Shown: positions 8,982 through 18,344, counted from the first letter of the stretch. The stretch is 37,516 nt of DNA from a candidate division WOR-3 bacterium (GCA_039801885.1 JBDRVN010000011.1:1-37516); one strand, 5' to 3'. Notes: generated by a model from the sequence alone, not told the origin. Made by a program: numbers and translations.

Positions 8982-9971
8982 TCACAAAATTATTTCAATC
9001 TCTCTTTTGCATTTATTACATCTTTTATCTTCTAAACCAATAATTTTAATACGATAATAATTTCTTTCAATTAATAAATTTCCACAATTTGGACAAAAAG
9101 TATCCTGACCAATTTCAAAACCAAAGACATTCCCTAAATAAACATAATAAAGTTTTTCCTTAGCAATATTATATGCCTTTATCAAAGTCTCCTCCGGTGT
9201 CTGGGGAAAAGAACATTTATAATGGGGAAAATATCTTGAAAAATGTAAAGGAATACTTTTCTTTAAATTGCTAATAAATAAAACAAGTTCTTTTATCTCT
9301 TCTTCGGTATCGTTCTTTGTTGGAATAATTAGATTGGTTATCTCAATATGGCAGAAATCTTTACTTATCTCAATAGTTCTTAATACTGTTTTCAAATCTC
9401 CTTTGATAAAATTCTTATAGAAATCTTCTTTGATTGATTTTAGGTCAATATTCATTGCTGAAATATAGGGCAATAATTCTTTTAACGGTTCTTCGTTAAC
9501 CATCCCATTGGTAACTAAAACATTTTTAATATTTTTCTCTTTTGCCAATTTCATTACATCTAATAGGTATTCAAACCAAATAAGCGGCTCAGTATAAGTG
9601 TAGGCAATAAATTCGCATTCTTCTCTTTCTACAATCTTTATTAGTTCTTCGGGCGAAAGATAAATTCCCTTTACGCGGTTCTGGGATATTTCCCAATTCT
9701 GACAAAAAGGGCATAAAAGATTACAACCATAAGTTGCTACGGAAAATATCTCCCTTCCGGGATAAAAATGGTATAAAGGCTTTTTCTCCATTGGGTCAAT
9801 TGCATAAGAAACTACTTCACCATAATTTATTGCATAAAGTTTTCCATCAATATTTTTTCTTCCCAAACAACGACCATATTTATTCTCCGCAATAACACAA
9901 TAATTGGGACAAAGTTCACATTGAACTTTATTATCTTCTAATTTTTTATAATATCTTGCTTCAATCATCAA
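8982..9971 (-). CDS. amrS: AmmeMemoRadiSam system radical SAM enzyme (PFL-activase-like)
   Basis: N-terminal CELCPNYC, DPMEKKPLYHFYPG, radical SAM motif CNLLCPFC-QNWEISQ, AYTYTEP, PLHFSRYFP, C-terminal CPNC...CNKC. Confidence 0.9.
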   Translation of the reverse strand: MMIEARYYKKLEDNKVQCELCPNYCVIAENKYGRCLGRKNIDGKLYAINYGEVVSYAIDPMEKKPLYHFYPGREIFSVATYGCNLLCPFCQNWEISQNRVKGIYLSPEELIKIVEREECEFIAYTYTEPLIWFEYLLDVMKLAKEKNIKNVLVTNGMVNEEPLKELLPYISAMNIDLKSIKEDFYKNFIKGDLKTVLRTIEISKDFCHIEITNLIIPTKNDTEEEIKELVLFISNLKKSIPLHFSRYFPHYKCSFPQTPEETLIKAYNIAKEKLYYVYLGNVFGFEIGQDTFCPNCGNLLIERNYYRIKIIGLEDKRCNKCKREIEIIL

Positions 9972-10873
9972 TAAAAGATTGCTTTATAATCTTTAAAATT
10001 CTCTAATACCTTATTTTTTAACGAATCAGGAATAATTAATAAGGCAGTAGAAAGGGCATCACAGATTATTGCCTTTTTACCAATCACGGTAACTTGCCGG
10101 TGTTTATTTAATGCTCTCTCTGCCTCACCGGTTATTGGATTGATAATATGGGAAAAGATAGTATCGCCAATTTTAAAATAATTGTAATAATCACCGGAAG
10201 TAGCCAAGGCATTTTCTTTTAATTCAATCGTTTCAATTATTTTTTCTTGATTAGGGTCTTTAATCCCAATCCTTGCCTTAAAATCACCAAAAACAATAAT
10301 ATCACCACCGGCATCAATTATCCCTTTTTTAATATTCTTACTTTTTAAAAATAAAACAAGTTTATCAAGGATATAACCAACTGCAATACCTCCTAAATCA
10401 ATCTTTGCTTTTTCTTTTAAGAAAATAGAATCTCCTTTTATTAGATAAACATTTTCACCAATAAATTTCTTTATCTCTTTTATCTCTTCTTTTTTTGGTC
10501 TTTTATAATTTTTATCATAGAATCTCCAAAGTTCCATCAAAGGAGCAATTGTAATATCAAAATAGCCGAAGGTTTTATTTCTTATTTCTTGTGATAAAAA
10601 AATTATCTCTTTTAACTCTTGGGAAAGTTTTGCCTTTTTATTTTGATTAATAAAAGAGAGAGCACTAATTTTATTGAAATATGAAAAGAGCGAGTCATAA
10701 TATTTAACTAAAATAAATACTGAATCAAGATATTTTTCCGCCTCTTCTTTATTTTGGGTAAAAATTTTTATTCTAAAATAACTGCCAAAGACGGTATCAC
10801 TTTTTTCAACAGAAACTTCTTTTTGACAAAAAAGGAATAATAGAAAAAGAAAAATTAGGCGATGGTAAGCCAT
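9968..10873 (-). CDS. apbE: FAD:protein FMN transferase, lipoprotein
   Basis: FDITIAPL, IDLGGIAVGY, DAGGDI, ATSGDY, HIINPITG, DALSTAL. Lipoprotein-type signal ending LFLFC when started at ATG 10873. Confidence 0.9.
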   Translation of the reverse strand: MAYHRLIFLFLLFLFCQKEVSVEKSDTVFGSYFRIKIFTQNKEEAEKYLDSVFILVKYYDSLFSYFNKISALSFINQNKKAKLSQELKEIIFLSQEIRNKTFGYFDITIAPLMELWRFYDKNYKRPKKEEIKEIKKFIGENVYLIKGDSIFLKEKAKIDLGGIAVGYILDKLVLFLKSKNIKKGIIDAGGDIIVFGDFKARIGIKDPNQEKIIETIELKENALATSGDYYNYFKIGDTIFSHIINPITGEAERALNKHRQVTVIGKKAIICDALSTALLIIPDSLKNKVLENFKDYKAIFY

Positions 10874-11664
10874 TCCAATTTTGCCCGATTCCATTCATAA
10901 ATCGGGTGGCCCAATTTAGTATAAAAATTTTTTATCTCCTCTTCACTATAACCAAATAAATCTTCTAAAATCGGACAAAGAACAGACAAGGCATTTTCCG
11001 ATAAAACAGTTCTTTTTGATATATGCCCTAAATAAGGTGAGGGTGAGACGGCAATTGTAAAACCACCATAAACATTCACGTGAAGCATCACGTGGATATC
11101 GGAAGAACCGTCACCAATATAAATTATATTTTCTTTTGGTATGTGCTCTTTCTCAGCAAGATAATCAATAATTGCTGCCTTACCATGACCAGCAGCCGTT
11201 TTTAAAATTTCTACTATTCTTCCCTGCTCATCGTATCTAAATTCTGTCCCGAAAATATTCTCTTCTTTTAAAATTTTATTCATTGATTTCTTAATAATCA
11301 AATCCGGACAAGCGGAAATGACATAGCAAATAAATTCACAATCTTCAATCCCTTGTTCTAAGGTTTTAAATAGAATATCCACATCACTTTTTAATCTCAC
11401 CTTTTCACCAATTTTTAATAAAAAATCTTTTGTTACCCGATTTTTATATTCCGAATCATAAGCCAAAAGATAGGCAAGTTCGCCACCTAATTGAGTAATA
11501 TTTCTATTTCTTATCTCTTTTACTTTATCTAAAAATTTTTCGGGAGGAATTCCTAATTCCAAAGATATTAAAACACCAGTATCATCAAAAGAAAGAGTCT
11601 GGTCAAAATCGGTCGCAAATAAAAACTTCTTTTTAATCTTTCTTTTTTCTATTTTTTTCTTCAC
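10855..11664 (-). CDS. HAD-superfamily (IB-like) phosphatase
   Basis: Motif I DFDQT, motif II ISA, GK and motif IV GDGSSD. Start moved to GTG 11664, which avoids the ferredoxin overlap and follows a promoter. Confidence 0.85.
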   Translation of the reverse strand: MKKKIEKRKIKKKFLFATDFDQTLSFDDTGVLISLELGIPPEKFLDKVKEIRNRNITQLGGELAYLLAYDSEYKNRVTKDFLLKIGEKVRLKSDVDILFKTLEQGIEDCEFICYVISACPDLIIKKSMNKILKEENIFGTEFRYDEQGRIVEILKTAAGHGKAAIIDYLAEKEHIPKENIIYIGDGSSDIHVMLHVNVYGGFTIAVSPSPYLGHISKRTVLSENALSVLCPILEDLFGYSEEEIKNFYTKLGHPIYEWNRAKLEWLTIA

Positions 11665-11669
11665 ACTTA

Positions 11670-11711
11670 ATTTTAAAAAATTGTTGATTTTTTTCAAGTT
11701 TATTATATAAT
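11670..11711. promoter_or_regulatory. Overlapping divergent promoters for the HAD operon and ferredoxin-fhs-trxB
   Basis: Minus strand: TTGAAA(11697-11692)-16-TAAAAT(11675-11670). Plus strand: TTGATT(11684-11689)-16-TATAAT(11706-11711). Confidence 0.6.
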
Positions 11712-11737
11712 TTTTTTTATTAAAAAAGGAGGAAATA

Positions 11738-11929
11738 ATGAAAGTGAGAGTGGACAAAGAACTGTGTACCGGGTGTGAACTTTGTTGTAACACCTGTCCC
11801 GATATTTTTGAAATGCAAGGCGATACTGCCGGTGTAAAAATGGAGGTGGTACCGGAAGCAGCCGAAGATTGTGTTCGCCAAGCTGCAGAAGATTGTCCGG
11901 TTAGCGCAATAATTATTGAAGAAGAATAA
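11738..11929 (+). CDS. fdx: Monocluster [4Fe-4S] ferredoxin
   Basis: CTGCELC...CP motif, acidic, 63 aa, SD AGGAGG. Confidence 0.93.
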   Translation: MKVRVDKELCTGCELCCNTCPDIFEMQGDTAGVKMEVVPEAAEDCVRQAAEDCPVSAIIIEEE

Positions 11930-11946
11930 AATAATTTATTAAATAA

Positions 11947-13593
11947 ATGCTTTCTGATTTAGAAATTGCCCGCAAGGTTAATTTATATTCTATTTATGAA
12001 ATTGCTGATAAAATAAATATTTCCCACGAGTTTCTTTTGCCTTCGGGGAATTTCAAGGCAAAAATCTCTTTAAAATTTTACGAAAAAGTAAAAGAGAACT
12101 CCGATGGTAAATTAATTTTAATTACTGCTATAAATCCTACTCCCTATGGTGAAGGAAAAACAACCACGGCAATTGGTCTTTCAATGGCTTTCTGGCGGAT
12201 TGGTAAGAAATCAATTGTTGCTTTAAGAGAACCTTCTTTGGGACCGGTCTTTGGAATAAAAGGTGGTGCTACGGGTGGTGGTTATAGTCAGGTTTTACCG
12301 ATGGAAGATATTAACTTACATTTTACTGGCGATATCCACGCCGTAACCAGTGCCCACAATCTTTTAGCAACCCTTTTAGATAACCATATCCATTTTGGTG
12401 CCGAACCGATAATTGATGAAAGAGATATCCTTTTCAAAAGGGCAATCGATATGAATGACCGAACACTAAGAACAACTGTCATCGGTTTAGGTGGAAAACT
12501 TAATGGACCAGCAAGAGAAGATGGTTTTATTATTACTGCTGCCTCAGAGGTGATGGCAATCTTATCTTTGGCAACTTCTTTAAAAGATTTGAAGAAGAAG
12601 TTAGCTGATATTTTAGTTGCTTTTAGAAAAGATGGCAAACCTTTTACGGCAGGCGAATTAAAGGCTGATGGTCCAATGGCAGTTCTATTAAGAGATGCTT
12701 TGAAACCAAATATTGTCCAAACAATTGAACACACACCAGCTTTTATCCATACCGGACCTTTTGCCAATATCGCTACTGGTACTTGTAGTATTATCTCAAT
12801 GAAAATTGGATTAAAAATTTGTGATTATTTAGTTGTTGAATCAGGATTTGGTGCTGATTTGGGAGCAGAGAAATTTATTAATATTGTTTCTCGCGTTGGC
12901 AATCTACCGGTCGACGGAGTAGTTTTAGTTTGTACAATTCGGGCATTAAAACATCACGGTTTGGGAGAGGATATAAGAGCATTAAGAAGAGGTTTGGCTA
13001 ATTTAGGAAGACACATTGAAATTCTAAGAAGATTTAATATTCCCTTTGTTATTGCTTTAAATAAATTTACTAATGATAAAAGGGAAGAAATAAAAGTTGT
13101 GCGCGGATATTGTGAATTCCAACAAGTGCCTTTTTGTGTAATTGATGTTTACGAAAAAGGTGGCGAAGGAGCGATTGAACTTGCCCAAGAAATTATTAAA
13201 ATTACTGAGAAGAAAAGCGAAATTAATTATACTTACAATCTAAATGACTCGGTAGAAGAAAAGATTAGAAAGATAGCAACGGAAGTTTATTGTGCCCGCC
13301 AAGTAGTTTTAACTCCAAAAGCAAAAAGAGATATTGAAAGGATTAATGCCTTGGGTTTTAATAATCTGCCAATCTGTATTGCCAAGACCCAATATTCCTT
13401 ATCTGATAATCCTGCCCTTCTTGGTGCACCAACCAATTTTGATATCACTATTAATCAGATAAATATTAATGCTGGCGCTGGCTTCCTTGTGCCGATTGCC
13501 GGTGAAATATCTTTAATGCCGGGCTTGCCCAAAAATCCTAATGCCTTAAATATTGATTTAGACGAAAACGATTATATTATCGGCTTAAAATAG
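11947..13593 (+). CDS. fhs: Formate--tetrahydrofolate ligase
   Basis: PTPYGEGKTT, LREPSLGP, GIKGGATGGGYSQV, INLHFTGD, GFGADLGAEKF, CIAKTQYSLSD, MPGLP. Confidence 0.96.
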   Translation: MLSDLEIARKVNLYSIYEIADKINISHEFLLPSGNFKAKISLKFYEKVKENSDGKLILITAINPTPYGEGKTTTAIGLSMAFWRIGKKSIVALREPSLGPVFGIKGGATGGGYSQVLPMEDINLHFTGDIHAVTSAHNLLATLLDNHIHFGAEPIIDERDILFKRAIDMNDRTLRTTVIGLGGKLNGPAREDGFIITAASEVMAILSLATSLKDLKKKLADILVAFRKDGKPFTAGELKADGPMAVLLRDALKPNIVQTIEHTPAFIHTGPFANIATGTCSIISMKIGLKICDYLVVESGFGADLGAEKFINIVSRVGNLPVDGVVLVCTIRALKHHGLGEDIRALRRGLANLGRHIEILRRFNIPFVIALNKFTNDKREEIKVVRGYCEFQQVPFCVIDVYEKGGEGAIELAQEIIKITEKKSEINYTYNLNDSVEEKIRKIATEVYCARQVVLTPKAKRDIERINALGFNNLPICIAKTQYSLSDNPALLGAPTNFDITINQININAGAGFLVPIAGEISLMPGLPKNPNALNIDLDENDYIIGLK

Positions 13594-14556
13594 ATGTTTT
13601 CTTTATTAGGACTTAATCTAAAAGAACCAAAAGAAGATATTTTATATGATTTGATTATCATTGGTGGTGGACCTGCGGGAATAACTGCTGCCATCTATTC
13701 CGCAAGAAAAAATTTAAATATCTTACTTTTGACAAAAGATTTGGGTGGCCAGATTTTATTAACAAGTGAAATTGAAAATTACCCTGGTTTTCAATATATT
13801 ACAAGTAAAGAATTAGCCGAAAAATTTACTACCCAATTAACCAATTTTCCCCTTTCTTTAGGCTTAGGAATAGAGGTTAATAATATTAAAAAAGAGAATA
13901 ATATCTTTTTGTTAAAAACTACTGATAATAAAACTTATCAAGGTAAAACAGTTATTATTGCTACGGGCAGAAGTCCAAAACCATTAAATTTACCTAATGA
14001 AAAAGAATTATTAGGAAAGGGAGTAAGTTATTGTGCTACTTGTGATGCTCCTTTATTTAAAAATAAAGATGCTGCGGTTATTGGTGGTGGTAATTCAGCA
14101 GTGATTAGTGCTATTGAACTTGCTAAGATTTGTAAAAAAGTTTATCTGATTGTCCGAAGTGAGATAAAAGCCGATTATATCTTAAAAGAGAGATTGAATA
14201 ACTTTAATAATGTAAATATCCTTTTAAAACATTTACCAAAAGCAATTTTGGGAAAAGAAAAAGTTAGCGGTATTTTAGTTTATGACCAGTTAAATAATAG
14301 AGAATACGAAATTCTGGTTGATGGCGTTTTTATTGAAGCGGGTATGAAACCGAATACTGAATTCTTAAAAGGGTTTTTAGATTTAAATGACAAAGGAGAA
14401 ATTATTGTCAATTGTAATTGCGAAACAAATGTGCCAGGTGTTTTTGCCTGCGGTGATTGCACTTCGGTAGAAGATAAACAGATTATTATTGCCTGTGGCG
14501 AAGGAGCCAAGGCAAGTCTAAAAGCCTTTAAATATCTCTTATCTTCTCAATTTTAA
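13594..14556 (+). CDS. trxB: Thioredoxin-disulfide reductase (TrxB/AhpF C-terminal type)
   Basis: GGGPAG, IENYPG, redox motif YCATCD, GGGNSA, GVFACGD. Confidence 0.9.
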   Translation: MFSLLGLNLKEPKEDILYDLIIIGGGPAGITAAIYSARKNLNILLLTKDLGGQILLTSEIENYPGFQYITSKELAEKFTTQLTNFPLSLGLGIEVNNIKKENNIFLLKTTDNKTYQGKTVIIATGRSPKPLNLPNEKELLGKGVSYCATCDAPLFKNKDAAVIGGGNSAVISAIELAKICKKVYLIVRSEIKADYILKERLNNFNNVNILLKHLPKAILGKEKVSGILVYDQLNNREYEILVDGVFIEAGMKPNTEFLKGFLDLNDKGEIIVNCNCETNVPGVFACGDCTSVEDKQIIIACGEGAKASLKAFKYLLSSQF

Positions 14557-15963
14557 CAAATAGACATCAAAACCTTTTCCTTCAATCCAAGTATAACCAC
14601 AAATCAAATAACCATCATTTGTTTGTAACACATCTTCTCCCATATCTTCTTCACTACCACCATAAGTTTTCTGCCATATTAAATTGCCTTGCTCATCAAT
14701 TTTAATTACATAAATATCCTCATTGCCGCTACCAAAAGAACGGGTGAAGCCGGCAATAAGATAGCCGTTATTCGCTAAATCGATAGCAAGACCTTCGTCC
14801 CAATTTGTACCACCATAAGTTTTCTGCCATAATACATTACCGTCACCATCTACTTTTAAAACATAAACATCGTAACTACCATTGCCAAAAGATTGGGTTG
14901 TGCCGCAGATTATAAAAGAATTATCACTGGTTTTCTTTATTGAATATCCCCGTTCCCAATTTGTTCCGCCATAAGTTCTATCCCATCTCGGTTCGCCATT
15001 AAAATTAGTTTTTACCAAATAGACATCTCCACCACCAGCACCATAAGATTCGGTAAAACCACAAATCAAATAACCATCTTCCAATTCTAAAACATCGTAA
15101 AGATAATCATCATATCTACCACCAAAACCATTGCCACCCAATAGATTTCCTTCCTCGTCAACTTTTGCCACAAAAATATTATGATAAGTTGTTGTATCCC
15201 AATATTCATAACCGAAAATTATATAACCGTAGTTATCCTTTGCTGGTCTTATTATACAGCCAAAATCATCGTTATTATTTAAATCAATAACTCTTTCCCA
15301 TATAAAATTTCCACTATTATCCACTTTTATAAGATAGGCGTCATACTTTCCATTTCTCGCATTTGTAGAACCACAAATAAGATAGTTACCATCTCGCGCT
15401 AAAATAATATCATAACCATAACTTATTCCGTTATCTGGACCATATCTTCCTTCCCATAATAGATTTCCATCTCTATCAACTTTTAATAGATAAACCTTGT
15501 GCTCAGCTTCACCAACAATAAAATAACTATTATTTATCTCCTTTATCTTATAACCATATTCCCAACCAGTTCCTCCGTAATTCTTTTCCCATAATTTTTC
15601 TAATGGTCTTTCCGAGATATAAATAGAATGGGGAAAGGACCAATAAGAAATATTACCCTTGATATCTTTTGCTTGTGCTTTTACATAATAAGAATCAGCC
15701 TGAGAAAAAGAATGGGTTATTTTAATCGTCTCGCCACTCTTTATAAAATTAGTCCAATTCGAAATATTTCCATCATCGAAATCAAAACGAAAAGCAACAC
15801 TTTCTTCTTCCGGCTCAAAAGTTGTTGTCTTAAACTCATAAACACTATCAACATAACCGTAAGTGGGTCCAAAAACTTTGGGTGTTTCTGGCGGTTTATT
15901 CTCCTTTTTCTTACACAAGAAGAATAATAAAAAGCAAAATAAAATTAGAAAAATTCTTCTCAT
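14539..15963 (-). CDS. Lipoprotein with PKD-like domain and beta-propeller repeats
   Basis: Signal ending FFLC; PKD-like FRFDFDDG..SNW...H.FS....Y.VKAQAKD; repeated W.KTYGG...D.G..I......GYLI.G.T.SFG.G..DVY..K.D..GN. Confidence 0.8.
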   Translation of the reverse strand: MRRIFLILFCFLLFFLCKKKENKPPETPKVFGPTYGYVDSVYEFKTTTFEPEEESVAFRFDFDDGNISNWTNFIKSGETIKITHSFSQADSYYVKAQAKDIKGNISYWSFPHSIYISERPLEKLWEKNYGGTGWEYGYKIKEINNSYFIVGEAEHKVYLLKVDRDGNLLWEGRYGPDNGISYGYDIILARDGNYLICGSTNARNGKYDAYLIKVDNSGNFIWERVIDLNNNDDFGCIIRPAKDNYGYIIFGYEYWDTTTYHNIFVAKVDEEGNLLGGNGFGGRYDDYLYDVLELEDGYLICGFTESYGAGGGDVYLVKTNFNGEPRWDRTYGGTNWERGYSIKKTSDNSFIICGTTQSFGNGSYDVYVLKVDGDGNVLWQKTYGGTNWDEGLAIDLANNGYLIAGFTRSFGSGNEDIYVIKIDEQGNLIWQKTYGGSEEDMGEDVLQTNDGYLICGYTWIEGKGFDVYLLKLRR

Positions 15964-15996
15964 ATCTCCCCCTTTTTAAAAAATATCTACTTTTAA

Positions 15997-16025
15997 TTGT
16001 AATTATTTCTGTCTATTTTATCAAT
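15997..16025 (-). promoter_or_regulatory. Sigma70-type promoter whose -35 lies inside the 27-bp repeat
   Basis: TTGATA-17bp-TACAAT upstream of the GGGGAG SD and ATG 15963. Confidence 0.55.
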
Positions 16026-16168
16026 AAAAATTAGTAAATGTGTTAAGATGTAGGTATCAGGTTGGCAGGGATTAGAAAATTTCTGGGAAAGGTGGGATAT
16101 ACCTTTAAACTTGTAATTTTCTTCTTAATATAACCAAATAACCCACTGATAGAGTCATTGAGAAAAGA
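16020..16168 (-). mobile_element. Probable IS1595-family transposase 3' remnant plus 27-bp end (repeat copy 2)
   Basis: Minus strand reads NDSISGLFGYIKKKIT/(frameshift)KFKGIS, resembling the IS1595 C-terminal N.IEGFWGY.KR+L.KFKG.S motif. It runs into the repeat at 16020-16046. Confidence 0.45.
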
Positions 16169-16215
16169 ACTATTTTATGTTAAAATATAAAAATTTAATC
16201 GAAAAGACGAATCTA

Positions 16216-16243
16216 TTGACAGTAATACTTTATCAGGTATAAT
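16216..16243 (+). promoter_or_regulatory. Sigma70-type promoter
   Basis: TTGACA-16bp-TATAAT upstream of ATG 16268. Confidence 0.7.
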
Positions 16244-16267
16244 ATAAAGTTAAAAAAGGTATATAAA

Positions 16268-17308
16268 ATGGTAAAAATTAGAATAAAGAACTTTTGGATT
16301 AGGATAATATTGACTTTAATAGTATTGAGGATTATTTTAATAATCGGGTGTAAAAAAACAGACACACTTGTTCCTATAGACTCGCCTCAACTTCCATCGC
16401 GTGGTTTCTTTTTAGGCGTGCTGCCTACTACTGCTCAAAACCAGTCATTTGAAGATGCCTACTCTCAAGCTGCTCAGTATGCAGAATTTGTTCCGGTTTG
16501 GGGCAAACCTACTCCCTTCTACAACTTAGCAACTGATTTAGAGGGAAATTGGGGGCAGATATTTGTCAAACAGCTCATTCGGGACAAAGGAATGTTCCCC
16601 ATAATTCATTTATCATTTATTGGAAATGATATAACTATTGTTACGCCTCCGGGAATACAAAATGCCAGTTTAAGTGATCCAAAATGGAGAGCAGAATATA
16701 AAAAAGCAGCATTAGATGTAGTTAAGGCAGCGCGGCCCCGCTATCTTTCTCTCGGTAACGAAGTTAATAGATGGTATGAAAAATACGGATTAGATGGACC
16801 AAACGGATTCAGACACTTTATAAGCCTTTATGAAGAAATCTACGATGAAGTAAAAAAAATCTCTCCGGAAACAAAAGTATTTTGTATATTTGCCCGTGAA
16901 ATCGTTTCAGAAAATAGAGAAGCAAATTTAGAGGTACTTCGTTTATTCAATCCAAACAAAATGGATTTGCTAATTTTAACTAGTTATCCATATGCTCTTG
17001 GAAAGACCAATCCTTCAATGATCCCTGATGATTATTATTCTAAGGTTGCGGAATATATGCCTGGAAAACCATTTGGCTTCAGTGAAATTGCCTGGCCCTC
17101 TATCGATGCGCTTGGTGGAGAACAAGCTCAAGCTGATTTTATTATTCAAGCAACTACTAAACTCACTATAAATCGAGGAATAAATTTACATTTATTCGGG
17201 TGGCCATGGCTCCACGATCTAAATGAAAATGATGCAGTTGGATTAATCAAAAAGGACAGAACAGAAAAACTTGCTTATACGATATGGAAGAATATATCTG
17301 GAAGATAA
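16268..17308 (+). CDS. Lipoprotein, clan GH-A-like glycoside hydrolase (family uncertain)
   Basis: Lipobox IIGC; putative acid/base motif LSLGNEVN, TSYPY, putative nucleophile motif FSEIAW, C-terminal GL......K.A...W. Confidence 0.7.
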   Translation: MVKIRIKNFWIRIILTLIVLRIILIIGCKKTDTLVPIDSPQLPSRGFFLGVLPTTAQNQSFEDAYSQAAQYAEFVPVWGKPTPFYNLATDLEGNWGQIFVKQLIRDKGMFPIIHLSFIGNDITIVTPPGIQNASLSDPKWRAEYKKAALDVVKAARPRYLSLGNEVNRWYEKYGLDGPNGFRHFISLYEEIYDEVKKISPETKVFCIFAREIVSENREANLEVLRLFNPNKMDLLILTSYPYALGKTNPSMIPDDYYSKVAEYMPGKPFGFSEIAWPSIDALGGEQAQADFIIQATTKLTINRGINLHLFGWPWLHDLNENDAVGLIKKDRTEKLAYTIWKNISGR

Positions 17309-17429
17309 GAAATATCTACCGGGATTCGAAATTTCGTTGGATATATAATCTTTTATCCCCCTTAGCATATCTATCAATAAAATTAATTTATTATGCTACC
17401 AAAAAGGGGATAATTATCATTAGAATTTA

Positions 17430-17936
17430 ATGGAATGGGAAAGAAAGATAAGTAATTTATTTAAACTTAATAGTGATGAAATGTGGCTGAGACATGCTAA
17501 TCCTCTAAGTGTTTATTCCCGTTTTTCTATGCTTCCTCTTTTGGCGATATCTTTTTGGAGTAGGGTATGGTTTGGTTGGCGGTCTCTTATTCCAATAATT
17601 GCTGTTTTATTCTGGTTATGGCTTAATCCCAGAATATTTCCCAAAGCAAAAAGCACTAATAATTGGGCATCAAAAGCAGTCTTAGGTGAACGGGTTTGGA
17701 CGAATCGTAAAGAAATACCTATTCCCAAACATCATCGTACTCTGCCGAATATTTTATCAATAGTTGGACTAATTGGATTTATCTTTTTTATCTATGGTTT
17801 ATATACCTTAGAATTAAGTCCAACAATTTTAGGTGGTATAATAAGTTTTATTAGTAAAATCTGGTTTTGTGACCGAATGGTATGGTTATATGAAGATATG
17901 AAGCATTTACCAGAATATAAAAACTGGCTATATTAA
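17430..17936 (+). CDS. DUF6653-like membrane protein
   Basis: W.RHANP.SVYSR, WLNPRIFP, WASKAVLGERVW, K.WF.DRMVWLY; several TM segments. Confidence 0.7.
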   Translation: MEWERKISNLFKLNSDEMWLRHANPLSVYSRFSMLPLLAISFWSRVWFGWRSLIPIIAVLFWLWLNPRIFPKAKSTNNWASKAVLGERVWTNRKEIPIPKHHRTLPNILSIVGLIGFIFFIYGLYTLELSPTILGGIISFISKIWFCDRMVWLYEDMKHLPEYKNWLY

Positions 17937-17945
17937 TGAACGAAA

Positions 17946-18344
17946 TTATATTTCTCTAATTAACTTTGAAACAGCAAGAAGGGCGGCTTTAATAATTATA
18001 TCGGCAGTTATACTCTCATACACCTTACCATTTAGTTCAATTGTTCGACATTCCGAAGAACCACAAACACTACAACAAGGACTCTTTCCCACTTTTCCTG
18101 AAAGATAATCTTCTATTGGAAGGTTATTAATCAAAATTTTATTTGATTGTAAAGGGTCTTTTTTAAACTCGGAAATAGAAATTTCTTCTTTTTTAAAAAT
18201 TACTTCAATTCCCATAGAAAGAAGAGATTGGGAAAGAAAAGAAACTGCTTTCTCTAATTCCTTATCAGTTTGGTCGCATCTTGGACAGGTTTCGCCTTTA
18301 TAAACCAATCTCTGCCATTTAATTTCTAAAATCTTTTTACTCAT
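17946..18344 (-). CDS. DUF2703 family thioredoxin-like protein
   Basis: WQRLV..GETCPRC..T, SN.ILIN, CCSVCG..ECRT. Confidence 0.8.
   Translation of the reverse strand: MSKKILEIKWQRLVYKGETCPRCDQTDKELEKAVSFLSQSLLSMGIEVIFKKEEISISEFKKDPLQSNKILINNLPIEDYLSGKVGKSPCCSVCGSSECRTIELNGKVYESITADIIIKAALLAVSKLIREI

Noticed and set aside
11665-11793. N-terminal 43 codons of the 10855..11793 ORF
   Set aside because: Overlaps the ferredoxin gene and both promoters; GTG 11664 is the better start.
4604-16046. 11.4-kb composite transposon bounded by the two 27-bp repeats
   Set aside because: The interior is mostly housekeeping genes with no intact transposase or integrase; independent insertions are the simpler explanation.
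17314-17342. attC-like ends ATCTACC...GTTGGAT
   Set aside because: Far shorter than known attC sites, single copy, and no integron integrase in the window.
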